The notes beneath the pieces were generated by a model that had not been told where the DNA came from, made no database searches, and saw only the letters and a list, made by a program, of their open reading frames with translations. This document shows, in pieces, positions 39,361-49,511 of a stretch of 64,000 nucleotides of DNA. This DNA comes from a bacterium (GTDB taxonomy: Bacteria > Verrucomicrobiota > Verrucomicrobiia > Methylacidiphilales > Verrucolacustridaceae). A program made the position numbers and the translations under genes. The stretch is taken from assembly GCA_043805085.1 (NCBI GenBank), contig JAZDII010000086.1, forward strand, positions 2,807 through 66,806. The letters run 5' to 3'. Every line of letters starts with the position of its first letter. Position 1 is the first letter of the stretch.

Positions 39361-39697
39361 AACAAAAAAAACGCCTCGCCAACCATAACCCCAAAGAAAC
39401 GCCCGCCACATCCATCATCCAGTCATACACGTCGGGAAACCGTCCCGGAATCCAATGCTGATAAAACTCGTCGAATCCGCTTAACGCGGCGCCCAACAAC
39501 AAAAGCACAACCGCTCGCGTCCGCGTCCCGCCTAAAAGAAAACCAAAAATCGCATAAAGCGAAATATGAACAAGCTTGTCCATGTAGGCGAATTGAGGAA
39601 GAGAAGCCAACGCTTCGCCGGGAACGGAAGAAAGGCATAAAATCAAAAGGTAATAAAGAACCACCCCCGCCCAAACCATCCCAACTCTTGCTTTCAT
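39350..39697 (-). CDS. VanZ-like family membrane protein
   Basis: The 115-aa protein has 3-4 TM helices and shows DKLVHISLYAIFGFLL...GFDEFYQHWIPGR..DVYDWMMDVAGV, the VanZ pattern. Confidence 0.7.
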
Positions 39698-39796
39698 ACC
39701 TCAAAAGTATTTCCTTCCCTCTCAAAAGCAAACACGGAAAAGCCACCCCCATTTTTTAGCTTTTCACTATGATAGAAACAGCAATAGTGATGTGTT

Positions 39797-42700
39797 GTGA
39801 GAAATAATTACGTTACCGTGGACGGCTGTGAAGCGGCGGCAACTGTCGCCTACAAAGCCAGTGAAGTCATTGTCATCTACCCTATCACCCCCTCCTCGCC
39901 CATGGGCGAATCGGCAGACGCTTGGGCGGCAGCTGGAAAAACCAATCTCTGGGGCAGCATTCCCGCCGTTCAGGAAATGCAGTCCGAAGGCGGCGCGGCA
40001 GGCTCCGTTCACGGCGCGCTCCAAGCCGGCTCTCTAGCCACAACATTCACGGCGTCTCAAGGTCTTCTTTTGATGCTGCCGAACATGTATAAAATCGCAG
40101 GTGAACTCACCAGCGCGGTTTTTCACGTCACCGCGCGCTCTATCGCCACTAGCGCGCTTTCCATCTTTGGCGATCAAAGCGATGTGATGGCCGCCCGCGC
40201 CACCGGCTGGGTCATGCTTTTTTCTAACTCCGTCCAAGAAGCGGCGGACATGGCGCTTGTCTCCCATGCCGCCACATTGGAAGCGCGTCTGCCGTTCATG
40301 CACATCATGGACGGTTTCCGCACCTCGCACGAAGTGATGAAAATCCAAATCCCGGACGACGTGGTCATCCGCTCCATGATTGACGATGATCTTGTCCTCC
40401 AACACCGCGCCCGCGCGCTCTCGCCCGATCGTCCGTTCATTCGCGGCACCGCCCAAAACCCGGACGTCTTCTTCCAAACCCGCGAGGCGGTGGCGCCTTA
40501 TTACAAAGCCGTGCCGGAGATTATTCAACGCGCGATGAGTAAACTCGGCGGCGCGACGGGACGTTCTTACCACCTCTTTGATTACGTCGGCGCGCCGGAC
40601 GCCGAGCGCGTCATCATCGCCATGGGTTCAGCATGCGAAACCATTCACGAAACTATCGAGTGGCTGCAAGCGAAAGGTGAAAAAGTGGGTCTTATTAAAG
40701 TGCGCCTTTTCAGGCCGTTTTCCGCCGCTCACCTGATCGCCGCGCTGCCCAAAACTGTCCAATCCGTCGCCGTGCTTGACCGAACCAAAGAACCCGGCAG
40801 CGCGGGCGAGCCTCTTTATCAAGACGTCGTCACCGCCTTTGCCGAAACGGGACGCTCCATTCGAGCCATCGGAGGCCGCTACGGCCTAGGTTCTAAGGAA
40901 TTCACTCCTGCAATGGCCCAAGCTATTTTTGCCGAACTTAAAAAACCAAATCCCAAAAACCATTTCACCGTCGGCATCACGGATGACGTCTCCGGCACAA
41001 GCCTTGAGACAAATTCCTTTGCCCAAATCGAACCGGACGATTGCTTCCGCGCCGTTTTCTGGGGACTTGGCTCCGACGGCACGGTGGGCGCGAATAAAAA
41101 TTCCATCAAAATCATCGGCGACACGACGGATTTTTACGCGCAAGGCTATTTCGTTTATGATTCTAAAAAAGCCGGAGCGCGCACGATTTCCCATCTCCGC
41201 TTTGGCCCGCGCCCCATCCGCTCCACCTATCTCATTCAATCAGCCAACTTCATTGCCGTCCACCAATTCAGCTTCCTCTTCTGTTATCCCGTTTTGGATA
41301 ACGTCGCGCAAGGCGCAACGGTTCTCATCAACTCGCCCTATCCCGCCGACCAAGTCTGGTCCTACATCCCGCGTGTCGTCCAAGAAACCATCATCCAACG
41401 CAAACTGCGCCTCTTTGTCGTGGACGCTTACAGCGTCGCCAAAGAAGCCGGCCTCGGCGGGCGCATGAACACGATTTTGCAAACCTGCTTCTTCTCCATC
41501 TCTAAAGTAATCCCCACCGAAGACGCCATCACCGCCATCAAAACCGCCATCAAAAAAACCTACGGCAAACGCGGCGAAGCCGTGGTGCAGCAAAATATCA
41601 ACGCCGTGGACGCCGCCCTCTCGCACTTGGCGGAAGTCACCGTGCCCGCCAAAGCCGGAGGCGTGGAATTGCCTCCTATCGTTTCTCCCAACGCGCCCGC
41701 TTTCGTGCGTAATGTCACCGCGACCATCCTCGCCGAAAAAGGCGACACGCTGCCCGTTTCCAAACTACCCGCCGACGGCACATTCCCCTGCGCCACCAGC
41801 AAATGGGAAAAGCGCGGCCTCGCCCAAGAAGTCCCCGTTTGGGACCCCGAAGTCTGCATCCAATGCGGCAAGTGCGTCTTCGTCTGCCCTCACGCCGTCA
41901 TCCGTTCCAAAATCGTTTCTCCTTCAGAAATCGCCAACGCCCCGGAAGGATTCCTGACAACAAAAGCCAAATGGAAAGAAATTCCCGACACTCTTTTCAC
42001 CATCCAAGTTTCGGCGGAAGACTGCACCGGCTGCGCTCTCTGCGTGGAAGTGTGCCCGGCCAAAAACCGCAAACAAGCCGGACTCAAAGCCATCAACATG
42101 CGCCCGCTAGAGCCTCTGCGCGCCGATGCCCGCAAACATTGGAGCCACTTTCTCGGCATGAAAAATCATCCCGAAACGCAGTCGCTCTCGCTCCACCTTG
42201 TCCGCAACGTTCAAACGCACGAACCTCTCTTTGAATTTTCCGGAGCCTGCGCCGGTTGCGGCGAAACGCCCTACATCAAACTCGTCACCCAACTCTTCGG
42301 CGATCGCGCCCTCGTCGCCAACGCCACCGGCTGCTCCTCCATCTACGGCGGCAATCTTCCCTCAACGCCTTGGGCCACCAATACAGCCGGACGCGGCCCG
42401 GCATGGAGCAACTCGCTCTTTGAAGACAACGCCGAATTCGGCTTCGGCATGAGGCTCGCCCTCGACCAACAACAAAGACGCGCCAAAGAACTGCTTCAAC
42501 AACTCACGCTCACGCCCAATAATGTTAGCGATGAACTTTGCCAGGACATTCTCAAGGAGCTGCAAGAAAAAACGACGGATACTTTCCTCGAAATCCAGCG
42601 CGAAAGAATCGCTAAACTCAAAATCAAGCTTTCTTCCATCAACGATCCGCGCGCCAAGGAACTCCTTACTCTAGCGGATACGCTCGCTAAAAAATCTGTT

Positions 42701-43375
42701 TGGATTATCGGCGGCGACGGTTGGGCGTATGACATCGGCTACGGCGGCCTTGACCATGTGCTCGCGCAAGGACTGAACGTCAACGTGCTGGTGCTCGACA
42801 CGCAAATCTACTCCAACACCGGCGGGCAATCTTCCAAAGCCACGCCTATGGCCGCTGTTGCTAAATTCGCCGCCGCAGGCAAACGCACGCCGAGAAAAGA
42901 ACTCGGCATCATGGCCATGAGCTACGGCCACGTCTACGTCGCCCAAATCGCCATGGGCGCGGACGAAGCCCACACACTCCGCGTCCTCCAAGAAGCGGAA
43001 GCCTACGATGGCCCTTCGCTCATCATTGCTTATTCCCACTGCGTCGGCCACGGCTATGACATGCGCCAAGGCATGAACCATCAAAAACTCGCCACACAAT
43101 CCGGCGCATGGCCGCTCTACCGCTTTAACCCAGCCTTGGTGAAGGAAGGTAAAAACCCCTTCACCCTTGATTCCGAACTGCCTTCTATCGAACTCAAAGA
43201 CTTCTTTTCCCAAGAAGGCCGCTTCCGCATTCTTCAACAAAGCCATCCCGAAATCGCCAAAGAATTGCTCCAAGCCGCCCAAGAAGACGTTCGTAAAAAA
43301 TGGGCTTCGCTGGAACGCATGGCATCTCCTTCTCCCGTTTCCTCCACTTCAACCCCTGCGGCTGCGTCCGCCTAA
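39797..43375 (+). CDS. nifJ: Pyruvate:ferredoxin (flavodoxin) oxidoreductase, single-polypeptide type
   Basis: The 1192-aa protein has the ferredoxin-type clusters CIQCGKCVFVCPHA and CTGCALCVEVCP. The TPP-binding motif is GGDGWAYDIGYGGLDH. The start codon is GTG. Confidence 0.95.
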   Translation: MRNNYVTVDGCEAAATVAYKASEVIVIYPITPSSPMGESADAWAAAGKTNLWGSIPAVQEMQSEGGAAGSVHGALQAGSLATTFTASQGLLLMLPNMYKIAGELTSAVFHVTARSIATSALSIFGDQSDVMAARATGWVMLFSNSVQEAADMALVSHAATLEARLPFMHIMDGFRTSHEVMKIQIPDDVVIRSMIDDDLVLQHRARALSPDRPFIRGTAQNPDVFFQTREAVAPYYKAVPEIIQRAMSKLGGATGRSYHLFDYVGAPDAERVIIAMGSACETIHETIEWLQAKGEKVGLIKVRLFRPFSAAHLIAALPKTVQSVAVLDRTKEPGSAGEPLYQDVVTAFAETGRSIRAIGGRYGLGSKEFTPAMAQAIFAELKKPNPKNHFTVGITDDVSGTSLETNSFAQIEPDDCFRAVFWGLGSDGTVGANKNSIKIIGDTTDFYAQGYFVYDSKKAGARTISHLRFGPRPIRSTYLIQSANFIAVHQFSFLFCYPVLDNVAQGATVLINSPYPADQVWSYIPRVVQETIIQRKLRLFVVDAYSVAKEAGLGGRMNTILQTCFFSISKVIPTEDAITAIKTAIKKTYGKRGEAVVQQNINAVDAALSHLAEVTVPAKAGGVELPPIVSPNAPAFVRNVTATILAEKGDTLPVSKLPADGTFPCATSKWEKRGLAQEVPVWDPEVCIQCGKCVFVCPHAVIRSKIVSPSEIANAPEGFLTTKAKWKEIPDTLFTIQVSAEDCTGCALCVEVCPAKNRKQAGLKAINMRPLEPLRADARKHWSHFLGMKNHPETQSLSLHLVRNVQTHEPLFEFSGACAGCGETPYIKLVTQLFGDRALVANATGCSSIYGGNLPSTPWATNTAGRGPAWSNSLFEDNAEFGFGMRLALDQQQRRAKELLQQLTLTPNNVSDELCQDILKELQEKTTDTFLEIQRERIAKLKIKLSSINDPRAKELLTLADTLAKKSVWIIGGDGWAYDIGYGGLDHVLAQGLNVNVLVLDTQIYSNTGGQSSKATPMAAVAKFAAAGKRTPRKELGIMAMSYGHVYVAQIAMGADEAHTLRVLQEAEAYDGPSLIIAYSHCVGHGYDMRQGMNHQKLATQSGAWPLYRFNPALVKEGKNPFTLDSELPSIELKDFFSQEGRFRILQQSHPEIAKELLQAAQEDVRKKWASLERMASPSPVSSTSTPAAASA

Positions 43376-43380
43376 AAACT

Positions 43381-44412
43381 ATGGCCAACCTTCGCACGAC
43401 TTATCTTGGGCTCAAACTCAAAAACCCCATCATTCCTTCCGCTTCGCCGCTCTCGCACAATGTGGACGGCATCCTCCGCATGGAAGACGCCCACGCCAGC
43501 GCGGTGGTTCTTTACTCTCTATTTGAAGAGCAAATCTGCTACGACAGCCATCTCCTCAACGAAACCCTTCAGCGCGGCACGGAAGCTTTCGCGGAATCGT
43601 TGACCTACCTGCCCGACATGAAAAATTACAACGTCGGCACAGGGCATTACCTCCAACTCATCAACGACGCTAAACAAAAAGTCAACATCCCCATCATCGC
43701 CTCCATCAACGGAACATCCCTTGGCGCATGGGTGGATTACGCCAAAAAAATCCAAGAAGCCGGAGCGGATGCTTTAGAACTGAATCTCTACCGCCTTCCT
43801 TCCGACCCCTCCATCACCGGAGCCGAAATCACGGCGGAATACTTGGAAATCGTCTCGGAAATCCGCAAAACCATTTCCATCCCTCTTTCCGTTAAAATCA
43901 GTCCTTTCATCAGTTCCATCCCTCATCTAGCCAAAGAAATCGCCCAAATCGGCGCTCAAGGCATCGTCATTTTCAACCGCTTCTATCAAGCCGATATCCA
44001 CACCGAAACGCTGGAAGTCGTGCACAAAGTCAATTATAGCGATTCAGACGACCTGCTCCTTCCCCTGCGCTGGACAGCCATCCTTTACGGCCAAGTCAAC
44101 ATCGACATCGCCGTCACAAGCGGCGTCCACACCAGCCAAGACGCGATTAAAGCCATCATGGCCGGAGCTCATGTGACGATGATGGCCTCCGAACTGCTCC
44201 GCAACGGCGTCAAGCGCATCCCTGTTATCCTCACTGAAATGGAGCAATGGATGAATGAACACGGCCATCCGTCCGTTGAAGAAATGCGCGGCAACATGAG
44301 CCTCCAAAACGTGGCCAATCCGGAAAAATACGAGCGCGCTCAATACCTGCGCGTGCTGGACTCCCTCAAACCCGACTCCGCAAAAATTATTTCCACCCCG
44401 CCCGCGGCCTAA
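43381..44412 (+). CDS. Dihydroorotate dehydrogenase-like (class 1 PyrD fold) protein
   Basis: The sequence begins MANLRTTYLGLKLKNPIIPSASPL and shows TIM-barrel flavoprotein patterns (ELNLY, IVIFNR). I chose the ATG at 43381, 5 nt after the PFOR stop; the track's start at 43300 overlaps PFOR. Confidence 0.7.
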   Translation: MANLRTTYLGLKLKNPIIPSASPLSHNVDGILRMEDAHASAVVLYSLFEEQICYDSHLLNETLQRGTEAFAESLTYLPDMKNYNVGTGHYLQLINDAKQKVNIPIIASINGTSLGAWVDYAKKIQEAGADALELNLYRLPSDPSITGAEITAEYLEIVSEIRKTISIPLSVKISPFISSIPHLAKEIAQIGAQGIVIFNRFYQADIHTETLEVVHKVNYSDSDDLLLPLRWTAILYGQVNIDIAVTSGVHTSQDAIKAIMAGAHVTMMASELLRNGVKRIPVILTEMEQWMNEHGHPSVEEMRGNMSLQNVANPEKYERAQYLRVLDSLKPDSAKIISTPPAA

Positions 44413-44420
44413 AGAGAGCC

Positions 44421-45281
44421 CTACGCCCCACTCTTGATCCCCGCTGATTTCATCAGCCAGCTCGTTATTCCGCGACGCGCGACGCGCGGGAACAATTCCG
44501 ACCCTAAACAAAACATTCTCTGAAAAGTCGAGGTCCACGCCAGCGGCCGCTCTTTCTCCAACGCCTTCAATCCGGCTTTCACCACCTCTTCCACCGACTG
44601 TGCATGCGCAAAGAAACGCGGATCGAGATTCGCCTTCTCCTGAAATTCCGTGTCCACCGGCCCGGGACAAAGACAGGAAACCAGCACGCCCCTGTCTTTC
44701 ACTTCGTCATATAATGCTTCGGACAAGTTGATGACGTAGCTCTTCGTCGCCGCATAAACGGAAAAATAAGGCACCGGCTGAAAGCCCGCCGTTGAAGCAA
44801 TGTTCAGAATAAAACCCGACCTTCGCTCAATCATCGGCGGCAAAAACAAACGGCAAAGATGGGTCAGAACAATCAAGTTCACCGTCAACATCCGATCCAC
44901 CTGCTCCTGTGAAAGCTCATGCAAAGCCGCTTGCCAACCCAACCCCGCATTATTGATCAGCCCTTTCACTTCCAATCCCTTTTCACGGCACTTGGCGAAC
45001 AGCAACTCCGCCGCGCCAATCTGATACAAATCAAACGGCATCGGCACAATATCCACATCTTTAAATTCATTCCGTAGGGCATTGAGCCTCTCTTCGCGGC
45101 GGGAAACCAAAATCAAAGAAACACCGCGCTGGGCCAGCGCGCGGGCAAAACCCGCGCCGATGCCGCTGCTCGCGCCCGTAATCAAAACATAAGGATTGCT
45201 CACAATCCCGCCTATCTTTCCGCTTCTCTTCGGCGAATCAAACGAATTTTGCGCAATCTTACGGAACACGCTCCACAGCAC
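44421..45281 (-). CDS. SDR family oxidoreductase
   Basis: The motifs ITGASSGIG, NNAG and YAATKSYV are present. The start is uncertain: GTG at 45281 or an internal GTG before VSNPYVLITG. Confidence 0.8.
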   Translation of the reverse strand: MLWSVFRKIAQNSFDSPKRSGKIGGIVSNPYVLITGASSGIGAGFARALAQRGVSLILVSRREERLNALRNEFKDVDIVPMPFDLYQIGAAELLFAKCREKGLEVKGLINNAGLGWQAALHELSQEQVDRMLTVNLIVLTHLCRLFLPPMIERRSGFILNIASTAGFQPVPYFSVYAATKSYVINLSEALYDEVKDRGVLVSCLCPGPVDTEFQEKANLDPRFFAHAQSVEEVVKAGLKALEKERPLAWTSTFQRMFCLGSELFPRVARRGITSWLMKSAGIKSGA

Positions 45282-45322
45282 GCATTTTTTGTTTTTTCAT
45301 TGGATAACCTCTCGTTTCATTT

Positions 45323-45817
45323 ATGATGAATCAACGTATGCAACGCACCGGCATTGGTTATGACGTCCACCGACTCGTCGAAGGCCGCAAGCTTTTCCTC
45401 GGCGGCATTGAAATACCTTATTCCTTGGGACTAGACGGCCATTCAGACGCCGACGTTCTGATTCATGCGATGGCTGACGCCCTCCTCGGCGCATTGGGCG
45501 AGGGCGACATCGGCGTTCATTTTCCTAACACCGACGCGCAGTGGAAAAACGTTCGCAGCACAATTTTTCTCCAAAAAGCGGCGGAGATGATTCGGAAAAA
45601 AAACGGAAAAATCGTGAACCTTGACGCCACACTCATCGCCGAAGCGCCCCGACTTGTCCCCCACATTCCCGCCATGAAAAAGGCGCTGGCGGAAGCCCTT
45701 TCCATCCCCGCCGACCTCATTAATCTTAAAGCCACCACAAATGAAAAAATCGGCTTCATTGGCCGAGGCGAAGGCATCGCCGCCCTTGCTGTGGCCAGTA
45801 TTTCCTTGCCGGAATGA
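45323..45817 (+). CDS. ispF: 2-C-methyl-D-erythritol 2,4-cyclodiphosphate synthase
   Basis: The motifs GIGYDVHRL and GHSDADVLIHA are present. Confidence 0.95.
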   Translation: MMNQRMQRTGIGYDVHRLVEGRKLFLGGIEIPYSLGLDGHSDADVLIHAMADALLGALGEGDIGVHFPNTDAQWKNVRSTIFLQKAAEMIRKKNGKIVNLDATLIAEAPRLVPHIPAMKKALAEALSIPADLINLKATTNEKIGFIGRGEGIAALAVASISLPE

Positions 45818-46464
45818 AAGGCAAATTCATTACATTGGAAGGCTCGGAAGGTTGCGGCAAAACGACGCAAATCGAGCTTCTCGCTACTTGGCTGAAAGAA
45901 AAAAACAAGCCCGTCGTCTGCTTGCGCGAGCCGGGCGGCACGCCCCTCGGCGAAACCGTCCGCCGCTTGCTCAAACATGATCCCGCTGGCCACGGCATGT
46001 GCGCAGAGGCGGAACTGCTGCTCTTCGCCGCCAGCAGAGCGGAACTGGTTCGGCGCGTCATTCAACCCTCCCTTGAAAAAGGCGAGTGGGTTTTGTGCGA
46101 CCGTTTTTTGGATTCGACGACCGTCTATCAAGGCATCGCGCGCGGCCTTGACGCCAAAACTGTCGCCGCCATCAATCACTTCGCCGTTGCTTCCTGTCTG
46201 CCGGATTTAACGCTCGTGCTGGAACTGGAAGCGGAAGAAGCGCGCCGACGCCTGCTCCGCCGCCCGCGCCCTGCCGGACTTGCGCCAGACCGCATGGAAA
46301 GCGAGCCGGAATTATTTTTTCAAAAAGTCCGCGAGGGCTACCAAAAACTTGCCAAGCAAGAACCGCAGCGCGTACGCTTGATTCCCGCGCGCGGCTCGCG
46401 CCAAGAAATCGCCGACCTCATTCAAAAGGAACTGCGCCATGCCTTTCCCCGCCTCTTGGATTGA
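45814..46464 (+). CDS. tmk: dTMP (thymidylate) kinase
   Basis: The P-loop reads FITLEGSEGCGKTTQ, and the DRF motif (CDRFLDST) is present. It overlaps ispF by 4 nt. Confidence 0.9.
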   Translation: MKGKFITLEGSEGCGKTTQIELLATWLKEKNKPVVCLREPGGTPLGETVRRLLKHDPAGHGMCAEAELLLFAASRAELVRRVIQPSLEKGEWVLCDRFLDSTTVYQGIARGLDAKTVAAINHFAVASCLPDLTLVLELEAEEARRRLLRRPRPAGLAPDRMESEPELFFQKVREGYQKLAKQEPQRVRLIPARGSRQEIADLIQKELRHAFPRLLD

Positions 46465-47290
46465 AGAGCACATCATCAAAGCCACCCGCGCCGGACGGCT
46501 CGGCCACGCTTTCCTTATCAGCGGGTCTGATCTTGATTCAATGGAAACCCTCTTCCATCGCCTCGCGGCTGCTCTTTTGGAAGAGAACAATCCTCAACAT
46601 CCCGATCTTCACCTCCTTCGTCCCGAATCCAAATCGCGCCGCATCACGGTGGCTCAAATCCGCGAGCTAGAGCATGTCCTCCAACTCAAACCCTACCGCG
46701 CTCCGCTTAAAGTGGCCGGCATCATCGCCGCCGACCGCATGTGCCTCGGCTCCGCTGAACCGGCGAACGCTTTTCTCAAAACCCTCGAAGAACCGCCTGA
46801 CCGCACGATTCTTTTTCTTCTCACGGACAACCCCGAACAACTGCTCCCCACCATCCGCTCGCGCTGCCTCTTCCTGCCTTTAAAAGACGGCCGCGCCGCG
46901 CCTGATCCCGAATTGCAAACCTTGGCCGCCGCATGGATGGAAACCAAAGGCAACGCCGCCGACACCGCCTACCGCCGCGCTCATCTGCTGGCGACCTACT
47001 GGCAACAACAACGCGCCAATCTGGAAAAGGAACTTCCCGACGATGAAGCGGAAGACGACGAAAAAGCGGCGATAGCGCAAATCGAAAGCCGCTTTCTCCT
47101 CATCCGCGACCGCTCTCTTGCCCACCTCCTCGCGGAAACATGGCAACGCGCGCAAAAAGGCGCTTTGTCCCGCGCCGAAGCCGAATTAGCCTGCGAAAGT
47201 CTGGAAGAACTCCGCCTTTCCCTTAGCCGCAACATGGAACAAGGCTTCGCTTTGGAACGCTGCTGCATGAAAATCGGCGGATTGATTTAA
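46439..47290 (+). CDS. holB: DNA polymerase III delta-prime subunit
   Basis: The sequence shows LGHAFLISG, ANAFLKTLEEPP and PTIRSRC. Confidence 0.8.
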   Translation: MPFPASWIEEHIIKATRAGRLGHAFLISGSDLDSMETLFHRLAAALLEENNPQHPDLHLLRPESKSRRITVAQIRELEHVLQLKPYRAPLKVAGIIAADRMCLGSAEPANAFLKTLEEPPDRTILFLLTDNPEQLLPTIRSRCLFLPLKDGRAAPDPELQTLAAAWMETKGNAADTAYRRAHLLATYWQQQRANLEKELPDDEAEDDEKAAIAQIESRFLLIRDRSLAHLLAETWQRAQKGALSRAEAELACESLEELRLSLSRNMEQGFALERCCMKIGGLI

Positions 47291-47292
47291 CA

Positions 47293-47925
47293 ATGAAACC
47301 GCGCAGAGCCCTTCTCCAAGCCGCCCGACTCTACGGCATTTTAGACACAAGCTATGCTGCGCCTGACAAATGGCCTGCGCTGACCGAGCAACTCATCTCC
47401 GGCGGCGTTCAGGTTCTCCAAATCCGCGCCAAGTCCGCCTCTGAAAAAGAAATTATCCAATGGACGCAACCGCTCCTTCCTTTAGTGCAAAACATTTTGC
47501 TCATCCTTAACGATTATCCTCATCTTGTTCCCGAACTCGGCGCGGACGGCTGTCACATCGGGCAAGACGACCTCTCCGTCGCCGAAGCGCGGCAGCAAGC
47601 AGGCGAACACGCGCTCGTCGGCAAATCCACGCATTCGGTGGAACAAGCCCTCGCCGCCGAAAAAGAAGGCGCGGATTACATCGGCTTTGGGCCACTCTTT
47701 GCCACTCCCACCAAACCAACCGCGCCACCCATCGGTCTTTCTCTTATCCAAGAAACCGCGCGCCGCGTTGCCATCCCACAATTCTGCATCGGCGGCATTA
47801 AATTGGAAAACATACCCGCCGTGCTTCAAGCTGGCGCTCAGCGCGTGGTCATCGTCTCAGGGCTGCTCACTGCGCCATCGCCGACAAAATATGCGCAAGC
47901 TGTTTGCCATTTACTGCGTCATTAG
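47293..47925 (+). CDS. thiE: Thiamine-phosphate synthase
   Basis: The sequence shows LYGILD, VQVLQIRAK and GADYIGFGPLFAT.TK. Confidence 0.9.
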   Translation: MKPRRALLQAARLYGILDTSYAAPDKWPALTEQLISGGVQVLQIRAKSASEKEIIQWTQPLLPLVQNILLILNDYPHLVPELGADGCHIGQDDLSVAEARQQAGEHALVGKSTHSVEQALAAEKEGADYIGFGPLFATPTKPTAPPIGLSLIQETARRVAIPQFCIGGIKLENIPAVLQAGAQRVVIVSGLLTAPSPTKYAQAVCHLLRH

Positions 47926-47954
47926 GTAGAAGGGACTTTGTTAGGAACACAACT

Positions 47955-48509
47955 ATGCATTCTATTACCAGCATTCAAAAATCCGAAGCAGTTTTCTCGC
48001 CATGTGGAAAATATAGATTTTGGCTTTGTCGTGAGTGGGGCTTAAAAGCTCCTTTTGGAGTTTTTTTACTTGCTAATCCGTCCAAAGCAGACGCTTTGTG
48101 GTTAGACCCGACTACGATGAATTGTTCCAACCTTGCAATTCAGTGGGGATGGAGAGGTTTTGGTATTGTCAATTTGAATCCTTTTATCGATCCAGTCCCC
48201 GCAAACGCTGCCAAACACACCCCTAAAAGCGAAGTAGCTAACATCAACAATCACTGGATTCAAACAGCAAGAAATCTTGCGGATGTTTTTGTTCTAGCAA
48301 CTGGAGAAGATGGATTGGAAAAAACTCAAACCTTAATAAAAAAACTTAAAACACCATTCTACGTAATCCGTCTTAATAAAGGTAAAGGATTTTTACACCC
48401 TGCTAGAATGACAGAAAAAGATTTTGCAGAATGCCCTTGTCCGATCTTACTTGAGAAAGATTGGAGTATGGAACGCAAAAACGTGTTGGAAAAGAAAACC
48501 AATTCTTGA
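47955..48509 (+). CDS. DUF1643 domain protein
   Basis: FSPCGKYRFWLCREWG...FGVFLLANPSKAD...DPTTMNC...WGWRGFGIVNLNPF matches the DUF1643 pattern as I recall it. The stretch is A/T-rich. I chose the ATG at 47955. Confidence 0.7.
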   Translation: MHSITSIQKSEAVFSPCGKYRFWLCREWGLKAPFGVFLLANPSKADALWLDPTTMNCSNLAIQWGWRGFGIVNLNPFIDPVPANAAKHTPKSEVANINNHWIQTARNLADVFVLATGEDGLEKTQTLIKKLKTPFYVIRLNKGKGFLHPARMTEKDFAECPCPILLEKDWSMERKNVLEKKTNS

Positions 48510-48515
48510 AATTTT

Positions 48516-49418
48516 ATGTCAGTGCTTATCACAGGCTCCATGGCGATGGATGACATCGCCACACCTTCTCACAAAAAGAAAAACCTCCTCGGCGGTTCCG
48601 CTTCTTACGCCAGCGTGGCGGCCAGTTTCTTCAGCGACGTGTTTCTCGTCAGCGTCGTTGGGACGGATTTCCCTGAAGAACATCGCCGGTTGTTTAAAAA
48701 GCGCAAAATTGATATGGAGGGGTTAGAGGCGGCCAAAGGAAAAACCTTTCGCTGGTCCGGCGTGTATGAAAAAAACATGAACAACCGCCGCACTCTTTCC
48801 GTTCATCTCAATGTTTTCGAAACCTTCTCGCCGCGCCTGCCGGAAAAATACCGCCGCGCTTCTCACGTTCTTCTGGCCAACATCTCGCCGGAACTGCAAC
48901 TCCAAGTCCTCGACCAACTCCATCGTCCTAAATTCGTCGTCGCCGACACGATGGATTTATGGATCAACACCACCCGCGCCCAGCTTCTCAAACTCCTCGC
49001 GCGCGTGAATCTTCTTATTTTAAACGACAGCGAAGCGCGCCAACTTTCCGGCGAAGACAACCTCATCCGCGCCGCCGCATGGTTAAGAAAACAAGGCCCG
49101 CCTTTCGTCGCCATTAAAAAAGGCGAGCACGGCTGCCTCCTCTTCGGCCCCAAAGATCAATTCTTCACCGCTCCCGCCGTGCCGCTTGATCGCGTCATTG
49201 ATCCCACCGGCGCGGGCGACGCCTTTGCGGGCGGCCTCGTCGGCCACCTCGCCTCATCAGGCAAAACTGATTTTGAAAACCTGAAAAAAGGCGTCATCGA
49301 AGGCACCATCCTCGCCTCCTTCACCGTCCAAGACTTCAGCCTGAACCGCCTCATCAAACTCACCCCCGCCGAAATCAAAAAACGCAAACAACTCCTGCGT
49401 TCTTTGATCCATTATTAA
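48516..49418 (+). CDS. PfkB-family carbohydrate/nucleoside kinase
   Basis: GGSASY lies near the N-terminus. The C-terminal DPTGAGDAFAGG motif is diagnostic of the ribokinase superfamily. Confidence 0.85.
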   Translation: MSVLITGSMAMDDIATPSHKKKNLLGGSASYASVAASFFSDVFLVSVVGTDFPEEHRRLFKKRKIDMEGLEAAKGKTFRWSGVYEKNMNNRRTLSVHLNVFETFSPRLPEKYRRASHVLLANISPELQLQVLDQLHRPKFVVADTMDLWINTTRAQLLKLLARVNLLILNDSEARQLSGEDNLIRAAAWLRKQGPPFVAIKKGEHGCLLFGPKDQFFTAPAVPLDRVIDPTGAGDAFAGGLVGHLASSGKTDFENLKKGVIEGTILASFTVQDFSLNRLIKLTPAEIKKRKQLLRSLIHY

Positions 49419-49511
49419 CCGCTTTCTTTCGGCTGGAATAAAAGAGGTTTTTCTCTGTTTGACTTTATCTTATTCCCTTCACATGATTTCATGGTTTTTC
49501 CATAAAATTCC

